Virus record (IMG/VR): IMGVR_UViG_3300045015_000042 | DNA length: 55,001 nt | Source of the DNA: a virus | Reading direction: 5' to 3' (one strand) | Part shown: piece by piece, positions 44,480-52,138 of the stretch | How positions within the stretch are numbered: position 1 is the stretch's first letter | Layout of the letters: each line of letters begins with the position of its first letter | Notes under the pieces: model-generated | What the model was told of the DNA's origin: nothing | The model's input: the letters and a program-made list of their open reading frames with translations, nothing else | Database searches by the model: none | Translations under genes and position numbers: made by a program

Positions 44480-44860
44480 GGTTGAGAAGTAGAGGCGGGG
44501 CGGCGGGCGTACCTGCCGTTACCCCGACAGACCCTGCTGCCGGACCCCGCCTCTACACGTCGTTCGTCTTCTTGTCTCCAAAATTGTGCGGTGAATCCGC
44601 CGCACAACGCAAGGTTGGTTCCGTGGTCAGGCACCCCGTTCGGCGTGTCCACGGCTACGCTGAAGCCGCTGCGTCATATGAAGCCGGAAGTGTACATGTT
44701 CTGCTCCGTGCGGGTGGCGAGCCGGTTTAGCGACTGCGGCTCAGGTCGTGCTGGTCACGTCAGCATGGGCCGGGGCTATATGAAGCCTGTCGGGTATTCT
44801 CGCATCGGGGGCTATCTCCTCGCGCGGAAGTAGCTCGCAGCTACTCCTGCGCGGTTGTTG
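44480..44860. other. ~380-bp apparently non-coding region dense in hairpins (12-bp stem GTAGAGGCGGGG...CCCCGCCTCTAC, AGTAGCTCGCAGCTACT palindrome, GGCTTCATAT direct repeats). Candidate structured RNA or regulatory region.
   Basis: No credible ORF on either strand. Confidence 0.35.
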
Positions 44861-44862
44861 TT

Positions 44863-44985
44863 TCACTTGCTGTCGGTGACTTCGGCTTTGACCACTTCGA
44901 CTTTCATCACGCCGCTGCCGAGCGTGTCGTTGATCGCCTCATCGACCGCTTCGCCCGCGTTCGCCTTAGCTTCGTTGATGTCCAT
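44863..44985 (-). CDS. Small protein (40 aa; MDINEAKANAGEAVDEAINDTLGSGVMKVEVVKAEVTDSK) sharing its first 10 codons and leader with 43510..43851.
   Basis: The ATG is at the same offset inside repeat copy 2. Confidence 0.45.
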   Translation of the reverse strand: MDINEAKANAGEAVDEAINDTLGSGVMKVEVVKAEVTDSK

Positions 44986-45084
44986 TGCGATCTCCTTGCA
45001 CAGCCCTAGAAGGGCGTTGAAACGAAAGAAGCCCGGAAGGGCGATGGGTCGCCGATCCGGGCTTGGAAGCGATCCTATGCGATT
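44958..45084 (-). repeat. 127-bp perfect direct repeat, copy 2.
   Basis: Identical to 43824..43950. Confidence 0.9.
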
Positions 45085-45132
45085 GTCGTGATCGGCCACA
45101 GCTTCGTTGCCGGCCTTGACGACCTCGAAGTT

Positions 45133-45315
45133 CTAGATGTTCTCTTCGAGCCACTTGAGGAAGTCCGCGCCGTTGCCCCACTGGGCTTCGATCATCGTGT
45201 AGACACGCACGCCCATGCGGAACGCTCGCGGCGTGTCCAACTCACGCAGCAAGTTCGCCATCAGGCTGTACTCGCCGTCCATCCAAGCCAGCGCGAGCTG
45301 TTCTGCCATCAGCAT
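45133..45315 (-). CDS. Small protein (~61 aa, start MLMAEQ).
   Basis: ATG with a GGAGG Shine-Dalgarno downstream of element copy 1. Confidence 0.5.
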   Translation of the reverse strand: MLMAEQLALAWMDGEYSLMANLLRELDTPRAFRMGVRVYTMIEAQWGNGADFLKWLEENI

Positions 45316-45383
45316 GACAACCTCCAATTCGGGTGGGGGAGACAACCCTAAACGCTCGGTTTAGGGTTGTCTCCGGTTTTGCG
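45316..45383 (-). promoter_or_regulatory. Conserved bipartite intergenic element, copy 1 (hairpin type).
   Basis: Box1 CGCAAAACCGGAGAC plus hairpin GAGACAACCCTAA.../...TTAGGGTTGTCTC, directly after a TGA stop. Confidence 0.6.
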
Positions 45384-45863
45384 TCAGTTTTTGTTGAGGT
45401 CAAAGTTCCGTTCGATGGTGTAGCGGTCGTGACCGAACGGCTCGAACGCGGCCTTCAGGCGAGCTTCGGCAGCCTTGAACCCTTCGATGGCAGCCGCGAG
45501 TTCGTCAATGGAGGCTTGGTTGCTGAGGACGGCGGCGCGGGCGATGTTCCGCTTGACGGCCGCGTCGAGGTGAGCCGGGTTGTACTCCTCGAAGAACTTC
45601 GCGTCAACGACGATGTTCTTGAGGGCGTAGGCGATGATCATGTCCGTTTTCTGGTCGCCGTTCTGGAAGCTGACGTAGGTCATGCTGGCGCGGGCGTGCG
45701 TCGTGACCTCGAAGCCGAGCGTTTCCGACATCTTCTTGAGGTAGGGCGCGGTCAGCCGCTTGCCGTCGTTGGCCTTGAAGTAGTCGAGAACGGCCTGCGG
45801 GCGTTCGGTGTGTTCGGTCGCGTAGAACACCGTGTTGAAGATCGTTTCGGAGGTCGTCGGCAT
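45384..45863 (-). CDS. Hypothetical protein, 159 aa.
   Basis: Track ORF. Confidence 0.55.
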   Translation of the reverse strand: MPTTSETIFNTVFYATEHTERPQAVLDYFKANDGKRLTAPYLKKMSETLGFEVTTHARASMTYVSFQNGDQKTDMIIAYALKNIVVDAKFFEEYNPAHLDAAVKRNIARAAVLSNQASIDELAAAIEGFKAAEARLKAAFEPFGHDRYTIERNFDLNKN

Positions 45864-45933
45864 CGCAAGCTCCAGTTCGGGATGGGCGAGACAACCCTAC
45901 ACACTCGGCGTAGGGTTGTCTCCGGTTTTGCGT
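45864..45933 (-). promoter_or_regulatory. Conserved bipartite intergenic element, copy 2 (hairpin type).
   Basis: TGA-ACGCAAAACCGGAGACAACCCTAC-N9-GTAGGGTTGTCTC, then a GGAG Shine-Dalgarno. Confidence 0.6.
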
Positions 45934-46161
45934 TCAGGAAATTGCGGGTTCGGGTGCGGCAACGGGCGAGGGCGCGGTGACCGAGTCGTACAGGTGCCGC
46001 AGGGCGATGCGGAGAACCTGACTGGCGTTCTTCTCGCCGTAGTGTTGTTTCATGTCCGCGAGCATCGCCTGCTCGTCGGTGGTGAGCCGCAGCCCGCGAG
46101 CTTGCCCATAGATGCCGTCGCCGGGCGTTGCGGCGGGACCGGAGGTGATGACGTTTTCCAT
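45934..46161 (-). CDS. Ribbon-helix-helix (CopG/Arc-like) DNA-binding protein (75 aa; RLTTDEQAMLADMKQHYGEKNASQVLRIALRHL).
   Basis: Beta-strand then helix-helix pattern typical of RHH. Confidence 0.45.
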   Translation of the reverse strand: MENVITSGPAATPGDGIYGQARGLRLTTDEQAMLADMKQHYGEKNASQVLRIALRHLYDSVTAPSPVAAPEPAIS

Positions 46162-46186
46162 AGTCCTGTGGGTTCGAGGTGGGGGT

Positions 46187-46363
46187 TCAGTAACCGAGGC
46201 ACGCGAGCATCGTGTCTTCGTCGTTCAGCGCGGCGTCGAGGTCGGCCGGGTTGCACTTCAGGATGTGGCACATTTCCAGTCGAACGGCCGGGCCGAGGTT
46301 GCCGAAGAGTTGCAGGTTCGCCATCGCGTTCGCGGCGGCGTTAACGATGTCCGTCGTGGTCAT
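46187..46363 (-). CDS. Small protein (58 aa; MTTTDIVNAAANAMANLQLFGNLGPAVRLEMCHILKCNPADLDAALNDEDTMLACLGY). Absent from the track because it is under 60 aa.
   Basis: ATG with a GAGGTG Shine-Dalgarno after element copy 3. Clean stop. Confidence 0.45.
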   Translation of the reverse strand: MTTTDIVNAAANAMANLQLFGNLGPAVRLEMCHILKCNPADLDAALNDEDTMLACLGY

Positions 46364-46432
46364 TCTGCACCTCGAATGGTTGGGGGAGACAACCCTACAA
46401 GGGCGGTGTAGGGTTGTCTCCGGTTTTGCGCA
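46364..46432 (-). promoter_or_regulatory. Conserved bipartite intergenic element, copy 3 (hairpin type).
   Basis: TGA-TGCGCAAAACCGGAGACAACCCTAC...GTAGGGTTGTCTC. Confidence 0.6.
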
Positions 46433-46539
46433 TCACCAACCGCGTTGTTTGCGGAGTTCGTCCGCTTCGGCCTTCCGCCGCTTCAGGTCGGTGACTTGCC
46501 GTGTGAGTACGAGTACGGTAATGCCGATGTTGCACTTGG

Positions 46540-46746
46540 TCACGATTGTTCCTTGTTGAAGGGTTTGCCTTTGATCTTGGTCACGTTGTCGTCGGTGGCG
46601 AGGCCGGGCGTGCCGTGAGCGCCACCCATGTTCAGCACCCACCCACCTTCGCCGCTCGGCATCACGGCCTTGCCCGTCTTCTCTTGGCCGAAGCGGTTCT
46701 TGATGGTGACGCGGTCGCCGGCCTTGATGAGCGTGCGAATCTTCAT
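46540..46746 (-). CDS. Small protein (~68 aa, start MKIRTLIKAGDRVTIKNRFGQ), KOW-like. Paralogous N-terminus with 47059..47265.
   Basis: Internal ATG with a GGAG Shine-Dalgarno. KAGDxVxxKNxxF shared. Confidence 0.45.
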   Translation of the reverse strand: MKIRTLIKAGDRVTIKNRFGQEKTGKAVMPSGEGGWVLNMGGAHGTPGLATDDNVTKIKGKPFNKEQS

Positions 46747-46819
46747 CGCGTTCTCCAGTAGCGGGTGATGGGCTGACAACCCTACAAGGGCGGTGTAGAG
46801 TTGTCTCCGGTTTTGCGCC
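46747..46819 (-). promoter_or_regulatory. Conserved bipartite intergenic element, copy 4 (hairpin type, 1 stem mismatch).
   Basis: TGAGGCGCAAAACCGGAGACAACTCTAC...GTAGGGTTGTCAGCC. Confidence 0.55.
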
Positions 46820-47035
46820 TCAGTTCCCGACCCAAGTTCCGGGTTCCTTCATCGCCCGTTGCAGCATCGCCCACTCTTGCGGCATCAGGTCGGCCGCGAG
46901 ATCCAACACCGCGCCGAGGGTGAGCGGGCGGTGAAACACCTTGCCGTCCTTGTCCTCGAACGCCCAGTACCAGAGTCGGCCGCTGCCGCCCGGCTCACAC
47001 ACGTCTTGCAGGTTGACCAAGCACTTCGTGAACAT
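46820..47035 (-). CDS. Small protein (~71 aa, start MFTKCLVN).
   Basis: Internal ATG with an AAGGTG Shine-Dalgarno. Confidence 0.45.
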   Translation of the reverse strand: MFTKCLVNLQDVCEPGGSGRLWYWAFEDKDGKVFHRPLTLGAVLDLAADLMPQEWAMLQRAMKEPGTWVGN

Positions 47036-47058
47036 CGTGGCACCTTGAGGTTGTTGCG

Positions 47059-47265
47059 TCACACTTCCACGTCATCGAAGCTCAACACCGCCTCGAACCC
47101 ATCGGGGAGCGAAACCGTGACCTCGCGTTCCGCTTGGTTGACCGACAGCACTTGTAGCCGGTGCCACCGGGGGAACTGCGTTTCGATCTCCGCGCCCGTG
47201 TCGGGGTTGGTCGCCTCAACGAAGAACATGATGTTCTTCGTGCGGACAGAGTCGCCGGCCTTCAT
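47059..47265 (-). CDS. Small protein (68 aa, MKAGDSVRTKNIMFF...), paralog of 46540..46746.
   Basis: Track ORF. GAGGA Shine-Dalgarno. Confidence 0.5.
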   Translation of the reverse strand: MKAGDSVRTKNIMFFVEATNPDTGAEIETQFPRWHRLQVLSVNQAEREVTVSLPDGFEAVLSFDDVEV

Positions 47266-47272
47266 GTCGTCC

Positions 47273-47557
47273 TCACTTCTGGATGTAGTAGGTGGGGTAA
47301 TAGCCGCACTCGTAGCTCGCGTTGTAGTGCTTCCAGTTGTTGAACATCAAGTCCCACGCGGTCGCCTCGATGCTCCCCTTCCAGAGCGTTTCGTGCGTGC
47401 GGTACATCTCGGCCTTCTCCAAGTATTCCTTGCCGTAGACGAGGGCCGCGCTGCTGAAGGGGCCGTCCGGGGCGAGCTTGCAGGGGCAGAGGAAGATGGC
47501 TTCGTTCTTGGCGAACCGCTTCTTGGCCTCGGCCTTGCTGATCTTGACGAACGGCAT
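47273..47557 (-). CDS. Hypothetical protein (~94 aa, start MPFVKISKAE).
   Basis: Internal ATG with a GGAGCAACGCG Shine-Dalgarno after element copy 5. Confidence 0.5.
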   Translation of the reverse strand: MPFVKISKAEAKKRFAKNEAIFLCPCKLAPDGPFSSAALVYGKEYLEKAEMYRTHETLWKGSIEATAWDLMFNNWKHYNASYECGYYPTYYIQK

Positions 47558-47628
47558 CGCGTTGCTCCGAGTGCGAAATGGGCGAGACAACCCTACACGC
47601 ACGGCATAGGGTTGTCTTCGGTTTTGCG
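47558..47628 (-). promoter_or_regulatory. Conserved bipartite intergenic element, copy 5 (hairpin type).
   Basis: TGACGCAAAACCGAAGACAACCCTAT...GTGTAGGGTTGTCTC. Confidence 0.6.
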
Positions 47629-47871
47629 TCAGTCTTTCTTTTGGCAACTGGCGACGGTCGCCAAGCCGCGCCGCTCTGCGATGTACTTTGCCGTTTCGCC
47701 GTGGCCCGCGAACTCAAAATGCACGTCTTCGTTGACCACAGACGCCACAACCAAATCGTAACCGCGAGAGGTGAAGAACATCACGATGGCGTCTAGGCTG
47801 TCGTATACGCCGTGAATGACCGTCGATTCGATCTTGTTTTTGTTCCACAACTTGAGAATCCAGACGTACAT
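47629..47871 (-). CDS. Hypothetical protein, 80 aa.
   Basis: Track ORF. Starts 3 nt after the stop of 47875..48162. Confidence 0.45.
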   Translation of the reverse strand: MYVWILKLWNKNKIESTVIHGVYDSLDAIVMFFTSRGYDLVVASVVNEDVHFEFAGHGETAKYIAERRGLATVASCQKKD

Positions 47872-47874
47872 GGG

Positions 47875-48162
47875 TCACATGCTTTCGGTAATGGGTTGCT
47901 CTTTGCCGTCCTTCATCTTCTTGTAGAGGATGATGGGGTTCGCGGTGCCTTCCTTCCAGATGATGCGGCCGAGGCCGTCAACGCCGGTGTCCGGGGGAAC
48001 GAGGTACACGCTGTAGTTCCCGAACTTCTCGCTGCTCGGCGCGTTCTTCTTGGCGTTGGCGATGGCTTGCTTCTCGGTGTCGGCCTTGCCGAAGCAGAAC
48101 GGCCCGATCACCAAGAACTTGTAGTCCACGTTCGCACGCTTTACCATCTTCTTCGCGGGCAT
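47875..48162 (-). CDS. Hypothetical protein, 95 aa.
   Basis: Track ORF. GGAGAG Shine-Dalgarno. Confidence 0.5.
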   Translation of the reverse strand: MPAKKMVKRANVDYKFLVIGPFCFGKADTEKQAIANAKKNAPSSEKFGNYSVYLVPPDTGVDGLGRIIWKEGTANPIILYKKMKDGKEQPITESM

Positions 48163-48216
48163 GTCGCTCTCCGGTTGGGGGACAACCCGGCGCGAACCGG
48201 GTTGTCGGGGTTGGGG
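48163..48216 (-). promoter_or_regulatory. Degenerate element copy 6: short hairpin GACAACCCGG-TTCGCG-CCGGGTTGTC without the full Box1.
   Basis: Shares the GACAACCC core. Confidence 0.4.
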
Positions 48217-48384
48217 TCAAGCTTTCGCGGCGTCGATTCGCTTCGTTACCCGGCTCACTTCGGCGGTCGCGTGCCGAATCTCGTTTTCGAGGTTCAGCTT
48301 CATCCGCTTCTCCAACTCCTCGAAGCTCGGCACGGTGTAGCCGGTCAGTTCGTAGTTGTGGCGGTAGTTGTCGCCCCGGTTCAC
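48217..48384 (-). CDS. Possible small protein (55 aa, GTG start; MNRGDNYRHNYELTGYTVPSFEELEKRMKLNLENEIRHATAEVSRVTKRIDAAKA).
   Basis: Untracked ORF. Weak Shine-Dalgarno. An 8-codon ATG ORF overlaps its start. Confidence 0.3.
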   Translation of the reverse strand: MNRGDNYRHNYELTGYTVPSFEELEKRMKLNLENEIRHATAEVSRVTKRIDAAKA

Positions 48385-48408
48385 CTTGACTTCGTAATGG
48401 GGTCCATG

Positions 48409-48582
48409 TTACTCCTTCGTGGCCGCGTTGAACCGCGCGGCCCGCGTGTTGAGGCGTTTGGTGCGGCGGTCGCCGTGTTTGCCGCCGCCGCTGCGGTGCT
48501 GCGTGTGGCCGGTCGGCACGTTCTTGGGGGTGGAAACCGTGAACTTGATTTCTTTGCTCTTGGGGGCGTGAACGACGTGCAT
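48409..48582 (-). CDS. Small basic protein (57 aa; MHVVHAPKSKEIKFTVSTPKNVPTGHTQHRSGGGKHGDRRTKRLNTRAARFNAATKE).
   Basis: ATG with a GGAG Shine-Dalgarno after element copy 7. Untracked because it is under 60 aa. Confidence 0.4.
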   Translation of the reverse strand: MHVVHAPKSKEIKFTVSTPKNVPTGHTQHRSGGGKHGDRRTKRLNTRAARFNAATKE

Positions 48583-48652
48583 GTTAAGCTCCAGTGGGTT
48601 ACAAGCCTACACGCACGTCGTTCGCGAGTCTCCGAAATTGCGCTCATTTCAG
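48583..48652 (-). promoter_or_regulatory. Conserved bipartite intergenic element, copy 7 (non-hairpin B type).
   Basis: GCGCAATTTCGGAGACTCGCGAACGACGTGCGTGTAGGCTTGTAACCC, then a GGAG Shine-Dalgarno. Confidence 0.55.
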
Positions 48653-48817
48653 CGGGGCTTCCACGATGGTCAGAACGTGGTCCGCGCCGTCGTTGCACTC
48701 CGAGACGAACAGGTTCCTGATCCGCCTTGTTGCGGTGACGGTCGGCCACCGCGATCAGGAGCTTCCCGTAATCGCCTTCTGCGGTCAGCCGGCCGCAGAC
48801 GCTGCAACACGCCGCCT

Positions 48818-49012
48818 TCATCGCCTTCTCCCCGAACGTTGGCCAATCGGCCTGTCGGCGTGGTCGTACCAGCGCCAACAGAACTCGATCTCTTCTTGCT
48901 TGGTCCTCGGAAACCAGTCCCCGCGACTGGCCTCCAACCGCATTTCCCAGTCCTCACGAGCGTCTCGCCGCTCGCCTTCGTCCCAGTCGCGTTTGATCTC
49001 TTCCCACGTCAT
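48818..49012 (-). CDS. Small Trp/Arg-rich protein, 64 aa.
   Basis: Track ORF. GAGGA Shine-Dalgarno 12 nt after the upstream stop. Confidence 0.4.
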   Translation of the reverse strand: MTWEEIKRDWDEGERRDAREDWEMRLEASRGDWFPRTKQEEIEFCWRWYDHADRPIGQRSGRRR

Positions 49013-49021
49013 TCGAGATCC

Positions 49022-49645
49022 TCACAGTGCTGCGAAGAGTTGTGGAACCCGCTTGCCATCGATCTCCTTCGTACCCATGATCAGCAGCCGGCACTGGTGA
49101 ACCGCTTCGCCTTCGTGACCCTCGTCTTTGCGGACGAAGTGTCCCGCCTTGTACGGGTTGTAGGTCACCGGGGTGACTGCGTCGAGGAACTCCAGACTCG
49201 GCTCGAAGCCGGCGATCTCGCCGCATGCGAAAGCGTGAACGTTCTTCCGCTTCTCGGCAATCACCCGCTGCCGCGCCCGCTCGTTGACCTTGAACGTTAC
49301 ACCCTTGAGGAGAACGAAGGTCTTGAGATCCTGCTTGTTCTCCACAAGCCCCGTCTGGGGGTTCTTGATGGACCAGCCGCGTTTGTGCAGGTTGAAGTAG
49401 ATCAGTTTCATTTTCGCTTCGCCTTCCTTCTCATGTTGACGCAGGTCGGGCAACGCACCTTGTTTGTGACCAGCGAGGAAGCTCCAGCCGGCTTCCTCGA
49501 AGTGGGCTTGAGCTTCCGGGCCGAACATGCCCGGCTCTCGCGTGTCCTCGCGGTTGTAGTCGGCACACTCTGTACAGTGGCCGCAGACGACGTGCGCCCG
49601 CAGGGTGATTCTGATGCCGCCGTTTTCGAGCAGTTCGGGTGACAT
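49022..49645 (-). CDS. Hypothetical protein (207 aa) with an N-terminal CGHCTEC zinc-finger-like motif.
   Basis: Track ORF. AGGAG Shine-Dalgarno. Confidence 0.55.
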   Translation of the reverse strand: MSPELLENGGIRITLRAHVVCGHCTECADYNREDTREPGMFGPEAQAHFEEAGWSFLAGHKQGALPDLRQHEKEGEAKMKLIYFNLHKRGWSIKNPQTGLVENKQDLKTFVLLKGVTFKVNERARQRVIAEKRKNVHAFACGEIAGFEPSLEFLDAVTPVTYNPYKAGHFVRKDEGHEGEAVHQCRLLIMGTKEIDGKRVPQLFAAL

Positions 49646-49708
49646 AGGTAGCTCCTAGTGCCACAAGACGCAATCTCGGTTGTCTCCGAGATTGCGTCTT
49701 GTTTTCGA
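49646..49708 (-). promoter_or_regulatory. Element copy 8: 15-bp hairpin AAGACGCAATCTCGG-AGACAA-CCGAGATTGCGTCTT carrying the Box1 variant CGCAATCTCGGAGACAACC.
   Basis: Read directly. Confidence 0.55.
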
Positions 49709-50434
49709 TCAGAAGGGGATGGCCGGGTCGAGGGGAATCCGCTTGCCGGCCGGGATGATACCCTTCGGGGCGGCTTCGACAACCGGCGCGTCTTCCGGTT
49801 CGCCCATCCAGCAGAGCAGCATGGCCCCGTTCATCGTCCGCTTCTTGCCCCAGTAGCAGAAGCACCCGCACGCCTGCGTGATGAACGAGCCGTCCGGCTT
49901 GACCGCGCCCTTGAGGTTCGCGGTGAGGGCGTCGGCCTGAGCCTTGCTCAACCACGTCATCGCGAACTCGTCGTCGTGCTTCTCGAACTGGACGCGGTTC
50001 TGTTCCATCGCCCGGCGGATGAGCGAGGCGGCGAAATCGTCGGCCTTCTGTTGGGCCGTCTCCGCGTCGGCGTGCATGTCCGCGACTTCGTCCCGCGTCA
50101 TCGGGGCGGCTTCTTCGGGTTGCGGGACGAAGCCGCAGAAGGTGAGCAGGTAGTAGGTGCGGCCTTTCGACTCGCTGTAGATGTCCTTGACGAACGCGCC
50201 GAACTTCTGGTCGCCGGTGCCGTGGGTGATGACGCCCGCGTCACCGATCAGGTTGCCGAGGAACTCGGCCTGCTTCTCGGAGATGAAGATTTCGGCGGTG
50301 ACGGCGCGGCCCATGAACCGGCGAACCGCTTCGGCCTTGTCGCCGCGCGGGGCGTACTTCACGCCCTGAATCTTGTCCTTGTTGCGGCCGATGATGTCGA
50401 AGGCCAGCGAAGCGGCGGTGTGTTGGGTGGCCAT
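49709..50434 (-). CDS. Hypothetical protein (~241 aa, start MATQHTAASLAFD). The upstream 77 codons of the track ORF run through the intergenic element and are Arg/Ser-rich junk.
   Basis: Internal ATG preceded by TTCGGAGACACGACG (GGAG Shine-Dalgarno). Confidence 0.55.
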   Translation of the reverse strand: MATQHTAASLAFDIIGRNKDKIQGVKYAPRGDKAEAVRRFMGRAVTAEIFISEKQAEFLGNLIGDAGVITHGTGDQKFGAFVKDIYSESKGRTYYLLTFCGFVPQPEEAAPMTRDEVADMHADAETAQQKADDFAASLIRRAMEQNRVQFEKHDDEFAMTWLSKAQADALTANLKGAVKPDGSFITQACGCFCYWGKKRTMNGAMLLCWMGEPEDAPVVEAAPKGIIPAGKRIPLDPAIPF

Positions 50435-50504
50435 CGTCGTGTCTCCGAAGGGTGATGGGTTGACACCACTACACACCGCCGCGTTCGCAGTCTCCGAAAT
50501 TGCG
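50435..50504 (-). promoter_or_regulatory. Conserved bipartite intergenic element, copy 9 (B type).
   Basis: TAG-CGCAATTTCGGAGACTGCGAACGCGGCGGTGTGTAGTGGTGTCAACCC. Confidence 0.55.
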
Positions 50505-50702
50505 CTAACTTTTCTGGAGCGTGGCAATCCACTGCTCCAGAGCCTTCTTCCCGCTCGTCGCCCGGATGGAGTGGGCTTCGGTCGGGTCGCTCGACTTCGT
50601 GCCTCTGACGACGTACCAGAGGCGATTAAAGCTGTTCTCGAACGCCTTGTAAAGAACACCGTCAATCGTGACGGTGCCTTTGCTGATCTTGCCGATTGTC
50701 AC
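50505..50702 (-). CDS. Small protein, 65 aa.
   Basis: Track ORF in a GTGA overlap with the upstream gene. Confidence 0.45.
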   Translation of the reverse strand: MTIGKISKGTVTIDGVLYKAFENSFNRLWYVVRGTKSSDPTEAHSIRATSGKKALEQWIATLQKS

Positions 50703-51088
50703 TGCCCGTCTCCCTTGAGGGTTTGCTTGTCGAGGGCGAAGTCGGCCGCTTGCGCGGCGGTTGCCAACTGGTCGTTGGTGCGGCGGAACATCTCGGCGGC
50801 GTAGGCGAGCATTGCCGCCTTGATCGCGCTGCCGAAATCCTTGTACTCGTTGCCGTCATCCTCGCCGTTGTGGTCGTACACGAGGTAGACGTAGCCCGGA
50901 ACGAACCGCTTGGAGATCACCTGTTGCGCCGGCCGAAGGTGCTTGCCGATGGACAAGCCGCACCCGTCGATGAGGATGTACGCTTCTTGGGCGGTGTTCT
51001 GCCCTACGTCGAGGATGACGGGCGGCGTGTTCTTGAACGCCGCGAAGTAGGTCGAAACCGTCGTTGCGTCGTCGCTCGTGAACATCAC
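50699..51088 (-). CDS. Hypothetical protein, 129 aa.
   Basis: Track ORF. TGATG overlap upstream. Confidence 0.5.
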   Translation of the reverse strand: MMFTSDDATTVSTYFAAFKNTPPVILDVGQNTAQEAYILIDGCGLSIGKHLRPAQQVISKRFVPGYVYLVYDHNGEDDGNEYKDFGSAIKAAMLAYAAEMFRRTNDQLATAAQAADFALDKQTLKGDGQ

Positions 51089-51348
51089 TTACCCTCGTAC
51101 TGCTTGATGAGGTCGTCGGCCAGCAACACCAGAGACAGCAAGCTGTCCCACTTCAGGAAGATCGTCGCTTCGGTGTGGGTGTGTTCGGGCTTCTGGACGC
51201 CGAACACCCGCCACCCGCGCCGGGGGATGCGGTTCAGGTCCAACCCGGCTTCCTTGTACTTCGCCTTGACCGCGTTCAGCTTTTCTTCGCTGATGCCGGC
51301 CTCGCGGATGTCGAGTTCGATACGCTTGCGCCAGTAAGGTTTCCGCAT
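51085..51348 (-). CDS. Small basic protein, 87 aa.
   Basis: Track ORF. GGAGCAACCC Shine-Dalgarno. Preceded by a ~150-nt structured leader. Confidence 0.5.
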   Translation of the reverse strand: MRKPYWRKRIELDIREAGISEEKLNAVKAKYKEAGLDLNRIPRRGWRVFGVQKPEHTHTEATIFLKWDSLLSLVLLADDLIKQYEGK

Positions 51349-51600
51349 GGGTTGCTCCGGTGTGGCGGGACGAACCGTATTGCTCCAGTCAAGGAGCTTG
51401 TCCGGCTGACGAACCCTTGTGAGGTTCGCTCTTGTTACTATCCGTTTGGACCGGGGACGTTCCTCACGCCCCGGTTCGCCCCGCCACCACTACACGCACC
51501 TCACTTGCGGGTGACGGTCTTCTTCGGCCAGTCCTTCACCGGGCCTTTGGTGTGTTCGTACTCTTCGGTCTTCGCAGTCTCCGAAATTGCGTCCGGCCGG
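51349..51600 (-). promoter_or_regulatory. Long structured leader and element copy 10. Box1 CGCAATTTCGGAGACTG lies inside the 3' coding end of 51501..51848 (encoding AISET). Box2 GCGTGTAGTGGTGGC follows that gene's stop ~75 nt beyond Box1. Then come hairpins (CCGGGG...CCCCGG, GAACC...GGTTC).
   Basis: Read directly. Unusual box spacing. Confidence 0.4.
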
Positions 51601-51848
51601 TCGATCATCGGCGTTAACCTGACTTGCTCACCCGTGTTCAGCCGCACGAAGTTGTAGCGAAGCGTGCGGATGGTGCGTCGGCCGTTCAGGTCTTCGACCG
51701 GCCACAAGTACGGGTTGTTGTCGGTGTACCGGCCTCGCGTCTCGAACTTGGCGTTCGCCGCACGTCGGGCTTCGCGCCGCTCGTCTTCCGTCATCAGCTT
51801 CGGGTCGAAACCGAATGTGGAAACGTCGTCGGCGTTGATGCCCTGCAT
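51501..51848 (-). CDS. Hypothetical protein, 115 aa.
   Basis: Track ORF. Confidence 0.5.
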   Translation of the reverse strand: MQGINADDVSTFGFDPKLMTEDERREARRAANAKFETRGRYTDNNPYLWPVEDLNGRRTIRTLRYNFVRLNTGEQVRLTPMIDRPDAISETAKTEEYEHTKGPVKDWPKKTVTRK

Positions 51849-52138
51849 GTAATGACACCGTGAGTTTTGGTCTTGCCCTTCCCGGTCACCTCGCAGCCGA
51901 CGAACGCGACCAGCTTCGCCGTGTATCCTTCCAGCGTTGCCTTCTCTTGCGACATCTCCCGGCAGAACTCTTCGATCTGAAGCACGTCGGGAACGGCTTC
52001 CGGCACGTCGATCTTGAGCGTAAACCGCATCTTGATCGTCTGCCCGTCCACGATGCAGGTGCCGAAGTGGAGCAGCGTGCGGTACGTCCAGAGCGAGCAG
52101 TTCCGAGTCTCGAATCGCTTCAGTTCGGTCGCGGTCAT
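51794..52138 (-). CDS. Hypothetical protein (~114 aa, start MTATELKRF).
   Basis: Internal ATG with a TAAGGAG Shine-Dalgarno. Overlaps the next gene by ~55 nt. Confidence 0.45.
   Translation of the reverse strand: MTATELKRFETRNCSLWTYRTLLHFGTCIVDGQTIKMRFTLKIDVPEAVPDVLQIEEFCREMSQEKATLEGYTAKLVAFVGCEVTGKGKTKTHGVITCRASTPTTFPHSVSTRS

Noticed and set aside
47812-49642. Long plus ORFs (47812..48720, 48581..49642) in the small-gene array.
   Set aside because: They are antisense to many short genes that have Shine-Dalgarno sites and the conserved intergenic elements. Arg/Gly-rich.
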